Source of the DNA: an uncultured Clostridia bacterium
GTDB lineage: Bacteria; Bacillota; Clostridia; TANB77; CAG-508
Length of the DNA stretch: 64,000 nucleotides
Direction of reading: 5' to 3'
Assembly (NCBI GenBank): GCA_944387495.1
Contig: CALXFD010000003.1
Location: 3,534 to 67,533, forward strand
Numbering within the stretch: position 1 is the first letter of the stretch; each line of letters starts with the position of its first letter. The translations under genes were made by a program, and so were the position numbers. Of this stretch, positions 31,057 to 40,166 are shown one piece after another. The notes beneath the pieces are model-generated. The model was not told the DNA's origin and did no database searches. It worked only from the letters and a program-made list of their open reading frames with translations.

Positions 31057-31605
31057 ATGGAAATATTAGATATAGTAGATGAAAGAAATGAATTAACAGG
31101 CAAAACCGCATCAAGAGAAGAAATACATAATAATGGATTATGGCATAGAAAAGCAACATGTTGGATAATGAATGAAAAAGGAGAAATATTATTACAAAAA
31201 ATAGCAAAACAAAAGAAAAACAATGCTGGAAAATGGACAAGAATAGGTGGACATATTAAAGCAGGGGAAACACCGTTAGATGGAGTAATAAGAGAAGTAA
31301 GAGAAGAAATAGGAATAGAACTAAAAAAAGAAAATATAAGATTATTATATATAAGAGCATTTGAAAAGCCATATAAAGAAACAGGGCTACATAGATATTG
31401 GAGTTATAATTATTTTGCATTAGTAAATTATAAAATAGAAGAATATGTATTACAAAAAGAAGAAGTAAGTGAAGTAAAATATATGAAGATAGAAGAAATG
31501 GAAAAAATAGTAGAAACAAACAATCAAGATTATGCTTTTGTAAAATGGGAAAATATAAATGATGTTATAGCAGAATTAAAAAGGCAAAGAGCAAAAATAA
31601 AATAG
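31057..31605 (+). CDS. NUDIX hydrolase (second copy, different subfamily)
   Basis: Nudix box GGHIKAGETPLDGVIREVREEIG. Weak RBS. Confidence 0.65.
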   Translation: MEILDIVDERNELTGKTASREEIHNNGLWHRKATCWIMNEKGEILLQKIAKQKKNNAGKWTRIGGHIKAGETPLDGVIREVREEIGIELKKENIRLLYIRAFEKPYKETGLHRYWSYNYFALVNYKIEEYVLQKEEVSEVKYMKIEEMEKIVETNNQDYAFVKWENINDVIAELKRQRAKIK

Positions 31606-31732
31606 TTTATTCATAGAGCAAAAATCCAACAAAATACTTGAAATATGATTATATTTGATATAAAATAGTATTGCAATTAAATAAACTAGATATAATATAA
31701 TAAAGAAGTTCTAAACTGAAAGGAGTCTTTTT

Positions 31733-32482
31733 ATGAGAAGAAAAGTAATTGCGGGAAACTGGAAAATGAATATGTTACCAAATGAGGCAATAGAATATAT
31801 TGATAAATTAGCACCATTAGTAAAAGACACAAAAAATGAAGTTATATTATGTGTTCCATACACAGATTTATTTTATGCCTTATTAACAGCACAAAATACA
31901 AATATAAAAATAGGTGCACAAAATATGCATTTTGCAGAAAAAGGTGCATATACAGGTGAAGTTTCAGCTAAAATGTTAAAATCTATAAATGTTGAATATG
32001 TTATAATAGGTCATTCTGAAAGAAGACAATATTTTAACGAAACAGATGAAACTGTAAACAAAAAAATAAAATCAGCATTTGAAAATGGCTTAAAGCCAAT
32101 AGTGTGTGTAGGAGAAACACTAGAAGAAAGAGAAAGCGGAAAAACAGAAAGTATAATAACAAAACAAACAGAACTTGCATTAGATGGACTAACAAATGAG
32201 CAAGTAGAAAATACAATTATTGCATATGAACCAATATGGGCAATAGGAACAGGAAAAACAGCAACAAGTGAAGATGCAAATAATTCTATAAAAGCTATTA
32301 GAAATAAAATAGAAAAACTTTATGGAAAAGACGTTGCAGAAAAAGTAATAATACAATATGGTGGAAGCGTAAAATCTAAAAATGCAAAAGAACTATTTTC
32401 AATGTCAGATATAGACGGAGGATTAGTTGGTGGAGCAAGCTTAGACCCAGAAGAATTTTCTAAAATAGTAAATTTTGAATAA
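31733..32482 (+). CDS. tpiA: triosephosphate isomerase
   Basis: AGNWKMN, IGHSERR and AYEPIWAIGTG motifs. Confidence 0.95.
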   Translation: MRRKVIAGNWKMNMLPNEAIEYIDKLAPLVKDTKNEVILCVPYTDLFYALLTAQNTNIKIGAQNMHFAEKGAYTGEVSAKMLKSINVEYVIIGHSERRQYFNETDETVNKKIKSAFENGLKPIVCVGETLEERESGKTESIITKQTELALDGLTNEQVENTIIAYEPIWAIGTGKTATSEDANNSIKAIRNKIEKLYGKDVAEKVIIQYGGSVKSKNAKELFSMSDIDGGLVGGASLDPEEFSKIVNFE

Positions 32483-32546
32483 TGAATTTTAATTAAGTTA
32501 TAATAGATATAATATTATATAATTTTATGAAAAAAGGATGGTAAAA

Positions 32547-34088
32547 ATGAAAGATAAATTAACAATGCTTATGATTTTAGATGGTTTTGGAGATAATCCA
32601 AATAAAGATGGAAATGCAATAAAACTTGCAAAAACTCCAAATATAGATAGACTTATGAAAACATATCCAAATACAGATATATATACAAGTGGAAAATATG
32701 TTGGATTACCAGATGGACAAATGGGAAATTCAGAAGTTGGACATACAAATATTGGAGCAGGAAGAATTGTATACCAAGAATTAACAAGAATTACAAAATC
32801 AATAGAAGATGGAGAATTTTTCTCAAACCCAGAATTTATATCTGCTATTGAAAATTGTAAGAAAAATAATTCTAAATTACACATATTAGGTCTAGTATCA
32901 GATGGTGGAGTTCACAGCCATAATAGACATTTATATGGATTATTAGAAATGGCAAATAGAAGAGATTTTAATAATGTATATGTACATTGCTTTTTAGATG
33001 GTAGAGATACACCACCAGCATCAGCAGAAAGCTATATAATGAAATTAGAAGAAAAAATGAAAGAAAAAAATGTAGGAAAAATAGCAAGTCTTTCAGGTAG
33101 ATTCTATGCAATGGATAGAGATAAAAGATGGGAAAGAGTTAAAAAATGCTATGATGCATTAGTAAAAGGTGAAGGAATAAAAGCAGGAAGTGCAGTAAAA
33201 GCAATAGAAGATTCTTACCAAAAAGAAGTATTTGATGAATTTGTAGAACCAACAGTAATATGTAATGGAGAAGAACCAATTGCAAAAATAGAAAAAAATG
33301 ACTCAGTTATATTTTTCAATTTCAGACCAGATAGAGCAAGAGAAATAACAAGAGCATTAGTAGATACAGAATTTGATGGATTTGAAACAGAAAAAGACTT
33401 AAATTTATATTATGTATGTTTTACAAGTTATGATGAAACAATGCCAAATGTTCATATAGCGTTCAAAAAAGAACCATTACACAATACATTTGGTGAATAT
33501 ATTAGCAAATTAGGATATACACAATTAAGAATAGCAGAAACAGAAAAATATGCACATGTTACATTTTTCTTCAATGGTGGAGAAGAAAAACAATATCCAG
33601 GAGAAGATAGAATATTAGTACCTTCACCAAAAGTAGAAACATATGACATGAAACCAGAAATGAGTGCATATGAAGTAACAGATAAAGTATTAGAGGCAAT
33701 AAAACAAGATAAATATGATAGCATAATATTAAACTATGCAAATACAGATATGGTAGGACATACAGGAAGTTTAGAAGCAGCCATAAAAGCAGTAGAAGCA
33801 GTAGATGAATGTGTAGGAAAAGTAGTAAAACTAGTAGAAGAAAAACAAGGAAACTTAATAATAACAGCAGACCATGGAAATGCAGAGCAAATGATAGATT
33901 ATAGTACAGGAGAACCACATACTGCACATACAACAAATCCTGTTCCAATTGTATTAGTAACACCAAATAAAAATTTAAAATTAAAATCAAATGGAAAATT
34001 AGCAGATTTAGCACCAACAATGCTTGATTTAATGAATCTTGAAAAACCAGAAGAAATGACTGGTGAAAGTTTATTAGATAAGGAATAA
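32547..34088 (+). CDS. gpmI: 2,3-bisphosphoglycerate-independent phosphoglycerate mutase
   Basis: ILDGFG, SEVGH and DGRD motifs. 513 aa from ATG 32547 (the track start 32538 is too close to the RBS). Confidence 0.9.
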   Translation: MKDKLTMLMILDGFGDNPNKDGNAIKLAKTPNIDRLMKTYPNTDIYTSGKYVGLPDGQMGNSEVGHTNIGAGRIVYQELTRITKSIEDGEFFSNPEFISAIENCKKNNSKLHILGLVSDGGVHSHNRHLYGLLEMANRRDFNNVYVHCFLDGRDTPPASAESYIMKLEEKMKEKNVGKIASLSGRFYAMDRDKRWERVKKCYDALVKGEGIKAGSAVKAIEDSYQKEVFDEFVEPTVICNGEEPIAKIEKNDSVIFFNFRPDRAREITRALVDTEFDGFETEKDLNLYYVCFTSYDETMPNVHIAFKKEPLHNTFGEYISKLGYTQLRIAETEKYAHVTFFFNGGEEKQYPGEDRILVPSPKVETYDMKPEMSAYEVTDKVLEAIKQDKYDSIILNYANTDMVGHTGSLEAAIKAVEAVDECVGKVVKLVEEKQGNLIITADHGNAEQMIDYSTGEPHTAHTTNPVPIVLVTPNKNLKLKSNGKLADLAPTMLDLMNLEKPEEMTGESLLDKE

Positions 34089-34094
34089 GGGGAA

Positions 34095-35102
34095 ATGTTG
34101 AATCATACGAAAAAGATAAAAGATATATATGAAGATATACAAAGAAAACTATTCTATATGATACCAGAAAAATGGGATGCATTATATCTTTATAGTTCAG
34201 TAATAGACATTAGTGAAAAAGAAAAAACAGGAGAATTATTTTTCTATTATATCCCAAAAGGGATATTTAGAAAAAATCCTGTTAATGTCTATGAAATTCC
34301 AAATAAATTTAATATAGATGAAGAACAATATCTTCAATTAGTTGAAATATTATATAATGAAATAAAAGAACTAAGAGAAGAATTTAAAAAACAGAATATA
34401 GAAAAAATATGGAGTAATATTACAATTTCTATATATAATATGCAATTCAAAGTTGAATATAAATATGATGACTTGAAAAATGACGAATTTTCAAGTTATG
34501 AAAGACATGTAATTTGGAGATATAAATATTTAGGAATTGGAATAGAACAAGTAAGCAAACAAGACAAAGAAATATTGCAAAAATATTTCTTAATGCCAAG
34601 AACCTTAGAAGAAAAAGAAGAATACAATAGTGGAATATATATTGAACAAGATACAAAAAATATTATAGAATACAATACAGAAGAAGAAAATCAAGACGAA
34701 TATGAATATAATTTTGAAGAAAAGCATGAATCTCCATATATAATTGAAACAGTAAAAAAAGAAAAAAAATATAATCAATTTACAAGCACAAAAATAGAAA
34801 ATGCATGGGACAACAGGAAAAAAAGAAAAACCAAAAAACCATTGCAAGTAAATATACGTGAATTTCAAAATTCATTAAAAGAACAATTAAAAAAAGAAGA
34901 ACCAAGAAAAGCAATGGGAGTAAAAGAAGCAGTTGAGAGTATTGATATAGAAAATATCCTCGAAAAAACTGTTCAAGATAATCACGAAAGAAAAAATTTT
35001 AATCAAATTTTAAATCAAAATGTTGATTCAAAAGAAAGAAAAAATATATCTAAAAAAAGAAATCAAATATTATTTTCAGAAGACGAATTAGATAATAATT
35101 AA
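34095..35102 (+). CDS. DUF600/YezG-like (polymorphic-toxin immunity protein family) N-terminal domain with a ~180-aa Lys/Glu-rich C-terminal extension
   Basis: IYEDIQRKLFYMIPEKWDALYLYSSVID..GELFFYYIP .. IWRYKYLGI matches the DUF600 pattern (IPEEWEKVYLY..EVYFYY..WKYKKLGI). Confidence 0.5.
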   Translation: MLNHTKKIKDIYEDIQRKLFYMIPEKWDALYLYSSVIDISEKEKTGELFFYYIPKGIFRKNPVNVYEIPNKFNIDEEQYLQLVEILYNEIKELREEFKKQNIEKIWSNITISIYNMQFKVEYKYDDLKNDEFSSYERHVIWRYKYLGIGIEQVSKQDKEILQKYFLMPRTLEEKEEYNSGIYIEQDTKNIIEYNTEEENQDEYEYNFEEKHESPYIIETVKKEKKYNQFTSTKIENAWDNRKKRKTKKPLQVNIREFQNSLKEQLKKEEPRKAMGVKEAVESIDIENILEKTVQDNHERKNFNQILNQNVDSKERKNISKKRNQILFSEDELDNN

Positions 35103-35180
35103 TATAATAATAGTTATCAATTTTAGGTTATAAACCTAATTAAATATACAATAAACTTAATATTGAAAGGAGCAATTAAA

Positions 35181-35873
35181 ATGATTTATTCAAAGGAATT
35201 AGAAGAAATGTGTACAGTTGCAAAAGGAGTTAATCATGGACCAGCACCAATTCCAGAAGAAGGAAAATGGGTTAAAGCAAAAGAAATAAAAGATATATCA
35301 GGATTAACACATGGTATTGGATGGTGTGCACCACAACAAGGAGCATGTAAATTAACTTTAAATGTAAAAGATGGAGTTATTCAAGAAGCATTAATAGAAA
35401 CAATAGGATGTTCAGGAATGACACATTCAGCTGCCATGGCAGGAGAAATATTAACAGGAAAAACAATATTAGAAGCACTAAATACAGACTTAGTATGTGA
35501 TGCTATAAACACAGCAATGAGAGAATTATTCTTACAAATAGTATATGGAAGAACACAAACAGCATTCTCAGAAGGAGGACTTCCAGTAGGAGCAGGACTT
35601 GAAGACTTAGGAAAAGGTCATACATCACAAGTAGGAACAATTTATTCAAGCACATTAAAAGGACCAAGATACTTACAATTAACAGAAGGATACATAGTAG
35701 AATTAGGATTAGATAAAGATGACCAAATCATCGGATATAAATATGTTCATATGGGAAAAATGATGGATAACATCAAAAAAGGAATGGACCCAATGGAAGC
35801 AATAGAAAAAGCTTCTGGTACATATGGAAGATTTAACGAAGCTGTTAAGAAAATAGACCCAAGAAAAGAATAA
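35181..35873 (+). CDS. NifU/IscU-like Fe-S scaffold-domain protein
   Basis: GWCAPQQGACKL and ETIGCSGMTHSAAMAGE resemble IscU cluster-ligand segments. ATG 35181 after AAAGGAG. Confidence 0.6.
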   Translation: MIYSKELEEMCTVAKGVNHGPAPIPEEGKWVKAKEIKDISGLTHGIGWCAPQQGACKLTLNVKDGVIQEALIETIGCSGMTHSAAMAGEILTGKTILEALNTDLVCDAINTAMRELFLQIVYGRTQTAFSEGGLPVGAGLEDLGKGHTSQVGTIYSSTLKGPRYLQLTEGYIVELGLDKDDQIIGYKYVHMGKMMDNIKKGMDPMEAIEKASGTYGRFNEAVKKIDPRKE

Positions 35874-35924
35874 TGTCCAATTGGGGACGTTTCTGTTTGG
35901 ACATTTTTGTCCAATCTGGGACAC
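35874..35924. repeat. solo copy of the GGGGACG repeat unit (tgtccaattggggacgtttctgtttggacatttttgtccaatctgggacac)
   Basis: A 31-nt near-identity to the 8566-8695 palindrome unit, including the ggacatttttgtcc hairpin. Starts immediately after the stop of the NifU-like gene. Confidence 0.65.
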
Positions 35925-35966
35925 ATCTATTATAAAAATAAACAAAATAAAATAGGAGGTATAAAA

Positions 35967-36968
35967 ATGGCAGTAACATTTGAAAGTTATGAAAGAAGAA
36001 TAGACCAAATTAAACCAGTAATGGAAAAATACGGAATTAAAGATTTTGAAGATGCATTAAAAATATGTACAGATAAAGGATTTAATCCATATGATATAGT
36101 AAAAGGAGTACAACCAATTTGTTTTGAAAATGCATGTTGGGCATACACATTAGGTGCTGCAATAGCAATCAAAAAAGGATGCACAAAAGCAGCAGATGCA
36201 GCAAAAGCAATAGGAGAAGGATTACAAGCATTCTGTATTCCAGGTTCAGTTGCAGATGATAGAAAAGTTGGATTAGGACATGGAAACTTAGCATCAATGC
36301 TATTATCAGAAGATACAAAATGTTTTGCATTCTTAGCAGGACATGAAAGTTTTGCAGCAGCAGAAGGAGCAATCGGAATTGCAAAATCTGCAAATAAAGT
36401 AAGAAAAGAACCATTAAGAGTTATCTTAAATGGACTTGGAAAAGATGCAGCACAAGTAATTTCAAGAATAAATGGATTTACATATGTAAAAACAGAATTT
36501 GATTTCTTTACAGGAAAAGTAAATATAGTAGAAGAAATACCATATTCAAAAGGAGAAAGAGCAGAAGTTAGATGTTATGGTGCAAATGATGTTAGAGAAG
36601 GTGTAGCAATAATGCACTTAGAAGGTGTAGATGTTTCTATAACAGGTAACTCTACAAACCCAACAAGATTCCAACATCCAGTTGCAGGTACATATAAAAA
36701 AGAATGTATAGAACAAGGTAAAAAATACTTCTCAGTTGCATCAGGTGGAGGAACAGGTAGAACATTACACCCAGACAATATGGCAGCTGGACCAGCTTCA
36801 TATGGTATGACAGATACTATGGGAAGAATGCACTCAGATGCACAATTTGCAGGTTCTTCATCAGTACCAGCACACGTAGAAATGATGGGATTAATCGGTA
36901 TGGGTAATAACCCAATGGTTGGAGCATCAGTTGCAGTAGCAGTTGCAGTAGAAGAAGCAATGAAATAG
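35967..36968 (+). CDS. GGGtGRT family protein
   Basis: Family-naming motif VASGGGTGRTLHP present. ATG 35967 after AGGAGG. Confidence 0.75.
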   Translation: MAVTFESYERRIDQIKPVMEKYGIKDFEDALKICTDKGFNPYDIVKGVQPICFENACWAYTLGAAIAIKKGCTKAADAAKAIGEGLQAFCIPGSVADDRKVGLGHGNLASMLLSEDTKCFAFLAGHESFAAAEGAIGIAKSANKVRKEPLRVILNGLGKDAAQVISRINGFTYVKTEFDFFTGKVNIVEEIPYSKGERAEVRCYGANDVREGVAIMHLEGVDVSITGNSTNPTRFQHPVAGTYKKECIEQGKKYFSVASGGGTGRTLHPDNMAAGPASYGMTDTMGRMHSDAQFAGSSSVPAHVEMMGLIGMGNNPMVGASVAVAVAVEEAMK

Positions 36969-36970
36969 AA

Positions 36971-37000
36971 TAAAAAAATGGGCAGAAGCCCATTTTTTTT
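36971..37000 (+). terminator. rho-independent terminator (aatgggcagaagcccatt + T8)
   Basis: Read directly. Confidence 0.7.
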
Positions 37001-37079
37001 GACTTTATAATTTTAAATTATGAATTATATAAAAAATATTAGTACATAATAATATAAAAATCTATGAATAGGTGAAAAA

Positions 37080-39281
37080 ATGAAAAGAAAATATATAATT
37101 CCAATGTGTATAATTTCCTTTATTTTAGTAATTACAGTTTTTTTGTCATTACTTTTTTTAAATTATGTACAAAATTTAATTAAAGAAACAACTTCAAAAA
37201 ACTTAGGAGAAATAGCAAAACAAGATGCAAGTAGGTTGGAAAATGTAATACAAGAACATGTGAGAATTTTAGAAACTATTGTAAATCAGGCGAAACAAGA
37301 AGGTATAAAACAAGAAGAGGTTCTTTTTAAAATATTTAATAATAATTCAGGAAAGGAAGAGTTTTCGCGAATTGGAATTTTGCATAAAGATGGTAATACA
37401 GTAACAAATGATGGAATAAATGTTGATTTATCAGAAGATGTAGAATATTTTTTTTCAACAGATACAGTCCAAATTTCAAAAAGTAGGGTAAGTAAGATTA
37501 ATCAAGAAGAGATTAATATATATTCTCAAAAACTTAGTATAGAAAATCAAGAAATAGTGGTTTTATTAGTAATTGAAACAGATAAGTATGAAGAAATGTT
37601 TTCACAAAAAATATATAATGGAAATGCAAGAGAATATCTAATTACAAGTTCAGGAGAGATTTTAGCAAATTCAAAAGGAGAAAAAAATGGAGAAAATATT
37701 TATGCAGAATTAGAAAAAGTAAATAAAGAACAAGAAAAAAATAAAAATTATATTAGAGAAATGCAAGATTCTATATCAAAAAAAATAGATGGACAAATTG
37801 TATATAAATATCAAGGGCAGAACTTATATATTGCATATGAAAATATGGAAGAAGAAAATTGGGTATTAGTTGTAATAACACAAGGTAATATAATAGCTGA
37901 GGAATTGAATCATTTGTTACAAATTATATTAGTAATTTCAATTATTATATTAATAATAGTTTTTGTAGTTACAACATATATAATTTTATCAAATATATCA
38001 AAAAAAGAAAGCTTGTATAGATTAGCATATGTGGACCCTGTTACGAAATTAGGAAATTATAACTATTTCGTAGAAAAAGGAAAAGAGTATTTAGAAAGAA
38101 AAACACAAGATAATAAATATGTTATAGTTGTAGATATAGATAAATTCAAAGCTTTTAATAATAGATATGGGCATAAAATAGGTGATAAATTATTAAGCAA
38201 AATAGGAAATATATTAAAATTAATATTGCCAGAAGAAACACTAATATGTAGGCTTGCAAATGATTTATTTGCACTTGTTGTAATTACAGACAAAAGAGCT
38301 GAAAAAATAGCAAATTTAATTGACGAAAGTTTAACAAATATACAAATAGATAATATAGAATATAAAATATATATTTCAATAGGTATTTATGAAGTAAAGG
38401 AAAATAATGATAATATAATAGAATTAGTAGACAAAGCATTAGTAGCTCATAAGATGGTAAAAGGAAATTATAGTATAAGATATAATGTATTTGAGCAAAA
38501 AGAAGAAGAAAAAGAATTAAAAGAACATGAGATAGAAAGAACAATGGAAAAAGCATTAGAAAATCAAGAATTTAAAATATATTATCAACCCAAAATATCA
38601 ATAAAAAATGAAAAAATACTTGGTGCAGAAAGTTTAGTTAGATGGGAAAAAGAGGGTAAAATAATACCACCAAATGAGTTTATTCCAATTTTTGAAAAAA
38701 ATTATTTTATAATAGAATTAGATAAATATGTATTTGAAGAAACTTGTAAAGATATAGCAAAATGGAAAAAAGAATATAAAGAAGTACCATTAATATCAGT
38801 AAATGTTTCAAAAGAAAATTTTATAAATCCAGAGTTTATAGAAGAATATATAAAAATAGCAAAAAAATATAATATAAGACCAGAAGAAATTGAATTAGAA
38901 ATAACAGAAAGAGGAGCTGTAAAAGAAAATATAAACATAATAAATAAAATTAAAAAAGCAGGTTTTATAGTATCAATAGATGATTTTGGCACAGGATATT
39001 CAAGTTTGAGTTTATTGCAGGATTTAACAATAGATATAATAAAAATAGATAGAGAATTTATAAAACAAATTAATTTTAAAGATAAAAGTAAAAATATAGT
39101 AGAATATATAATTTTAATGGCAAAAAAATTAAACTTAAAAACTGTTGCAGAAGGAGTAGAGAAAAAAGAAGAGGTAGAATATTTGAAAGAATTAGGATGT
39201 GATTTAATACAAGGTTATTATTATTTTAAACCATTGACAAAGTTGGAATTTGAGGAGATTTTAATAAAAACAGATAAATAA
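37080..39281 (+). CDS. membrane sensor protein with periplasmic Cache-like domain, degenerate GGDEF domain and intact EAL domain (putative c-di-GMP phosphodiesterase)
   Basis: Two TM segments flank a ~245-aa extracytoplasmic region. The GGDEF position reads RLANDLF. EAL motifs ESLVRW, DDFGTGYSSL, EGVE and QGYYY are present. Confidence 0.8.
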   Translation: MKRKYIIPMCIISFILVITVFLSLLFLNYVQNLIKETTSKNLGEIAKQDASRLENVIQEHVRILETIVNQAKQEGIKQEEVLFKIFNNNSGKEEFSRIGILHKDGNTVTNDGINVDLSEDVEYFFSTDTVQISKSRVSKINQEEINIYSQKLSIENQEIVVLLVIETDKYEEMFSQKIYNGNAREYLITSSGEILANSKGEKNGENIYAELEKVNKEQEKNKNYIREMQDSISKKIDGQIVYKYQGQNLYIAYENMEEENWVLVVITQGNIIAEELNHLLQIILVISIIILIIVFVVTTYIILSNISKKESLYRLAYVDPVTKLGNYNYFVEKGKEYLERKTQDNKYVIVVDIDKFKAFNNRYGHKIGDKLLSKIGNILKLILPEETLICRLANDLFALVVITDKRAEKIANLIDESLTNIQIDNIEYKIYISIGIYEVKENNDNIIELVDKALVAHKMVKGNYSIRYNVFEQKEEEKELKEHEIERTMEKALENQEFKIYYQPKISIKNEKILGAESLVRWEKEGKIIPPNEFIPIFEKNYFIIELDKYVFEETCKDIAKWKKEYKEVPLISVNVSKENFINPEFIEEYIKIAKKYNIRPEEIELEITERGAVKENINIINKIKKAGFIVSIDDFGTGYSSLSLLQDLTIDIIKIDREFIKQINFKDKSKNIVEYIILMAKKLNLKTVAEGVEKKEEVEYLKELGCDLIQGYYYFKPLTKLEFEEILIKTDK

Positions 39282-39308
39282 GCTGAAATTATTAAAAATA
39301 TTAATATA

Positions 39309-39352
39309 AAAGTAAATTCTAGTTTTAAATAAAATTTAGAATTTACTTTTAA
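39309..39352 (+). terminator. rho-independent terminator (aaagtaaattcta / tagaatttacttt)
   Basis: 13-bp perfect stem followed by an AT-rich tail. Confidence 0.55.
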
Positions 39353-39521
39353 ATTTATATATATTTTTAAGCCTATAAAAATATATTTTAGGAAAATAAA
39401 ATTTTATAGATTTTATACTTTATTTTGTTTGTAAATAAAACTATGAAATGCTGATATAGCAAGTGTTCGAGAGATAATATAAAAACACGAACAAATTTTT
39501 TAACTTTTTTCAAAAAAAGTA

Positions 39522-39550
39522 TTGACAAAGAATAAAATAGAGTATAAAAT
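39522..39550 (+). promoter_or_regulatory. putative sigma-A promoter (TTGACA -17- TAAAAT)
   Basis: Consensus -35 hexamer and a good -10, about 60 nt upstream of the DUF45 gene. Confidence 0.45.
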
Positions 39551-39608
39551 ATGTTCATAAAAACAAACAACAATTCGTAAAACAAAAATTCAAAGAAGGA
39601 GTGATATT

Positions 39609-40145
39609 ATGAACATAGTTAGAAGAAAAATAAATGTTAGAACATATGTAGAAAGCGGAATAGAAAGACATCCAGTGCCAGTGTTGGGAACAGACTATAA
39701 AGTAAAAATAGTATACAAAAATGTAAGAGTACCAGAACTAGATGTTCAAGATAAAGTAATAAAAATATCACTTCCTAATAGATACAAAAAAAGTGATAAT
39801 CAAGAAATCTTAGACTTAGCAATAGAAAAAATGTATGAACAAATAGCAAAAGTAGAAATAGAAAGAGCAATGGAAAAAACTAGAATAATGTTAGGATTTG
39901 CACCAGATGATTATGAAATAAAAAATATGAAAAAAGAAATAGCAAGATGTATAGATAACAAAATAACAATAAATCCTAAAATAGTAATGTACCATAGAAA
40001 TATTATAGATTTTATAGTTTTACATGAATATTGTCATTTAAAATATAAAACACATTCAAAATATTTTTATAGAATGCTCGAAAAATATGAAACAAATTTT
40101 GAAAAATACGAAAAAATATTAAAAGCAGACTTGTTACAATACTAA
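39609..40145 (+). CDS. DUF45 / YgjP-like zinc metallopeptidase (HExxH)
   Basis: C-terminal VLHEYCHLKY HExxH motif. 178 aa. RBS AAGGAG. Confidence 0.7.
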   Translation: MNIVRRKINVRTYVESGIERHPVPVLGTDYKVKIVYKNVRVPELDVQDKVIKISLPNRYKKSDNQEILDLAIEKMYEQIAKVEIERAMEKTRIMLGFAPDDYEIKNMKKEIARCIDNKITINPKIVMYHRNIIDFIVLHEYCHLKYKTHSKYFYRMLEKYETNFEKYEKILKADLLQY

Positions 40146-40166
40146 AAATACTGTATAATTAAAGGC

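Noticed and set aside
32538-32546. Alternative gpmI start at 32538 (MVKMKDK..)
   Set aside because: The RBS AAGGA ends immediately before that ATG (spacing ~0). ATG 32547 has proper spacing and matches the conserved MKDKLT.. N-terminus.
35709-36008. 99-aa minus-strand ORF containing ..QIGQKCPNRNVPNW..
   Set aside because: Same artefact: it reads through the solo GGGGACG repeat copy, antisense to two well-supported genes.
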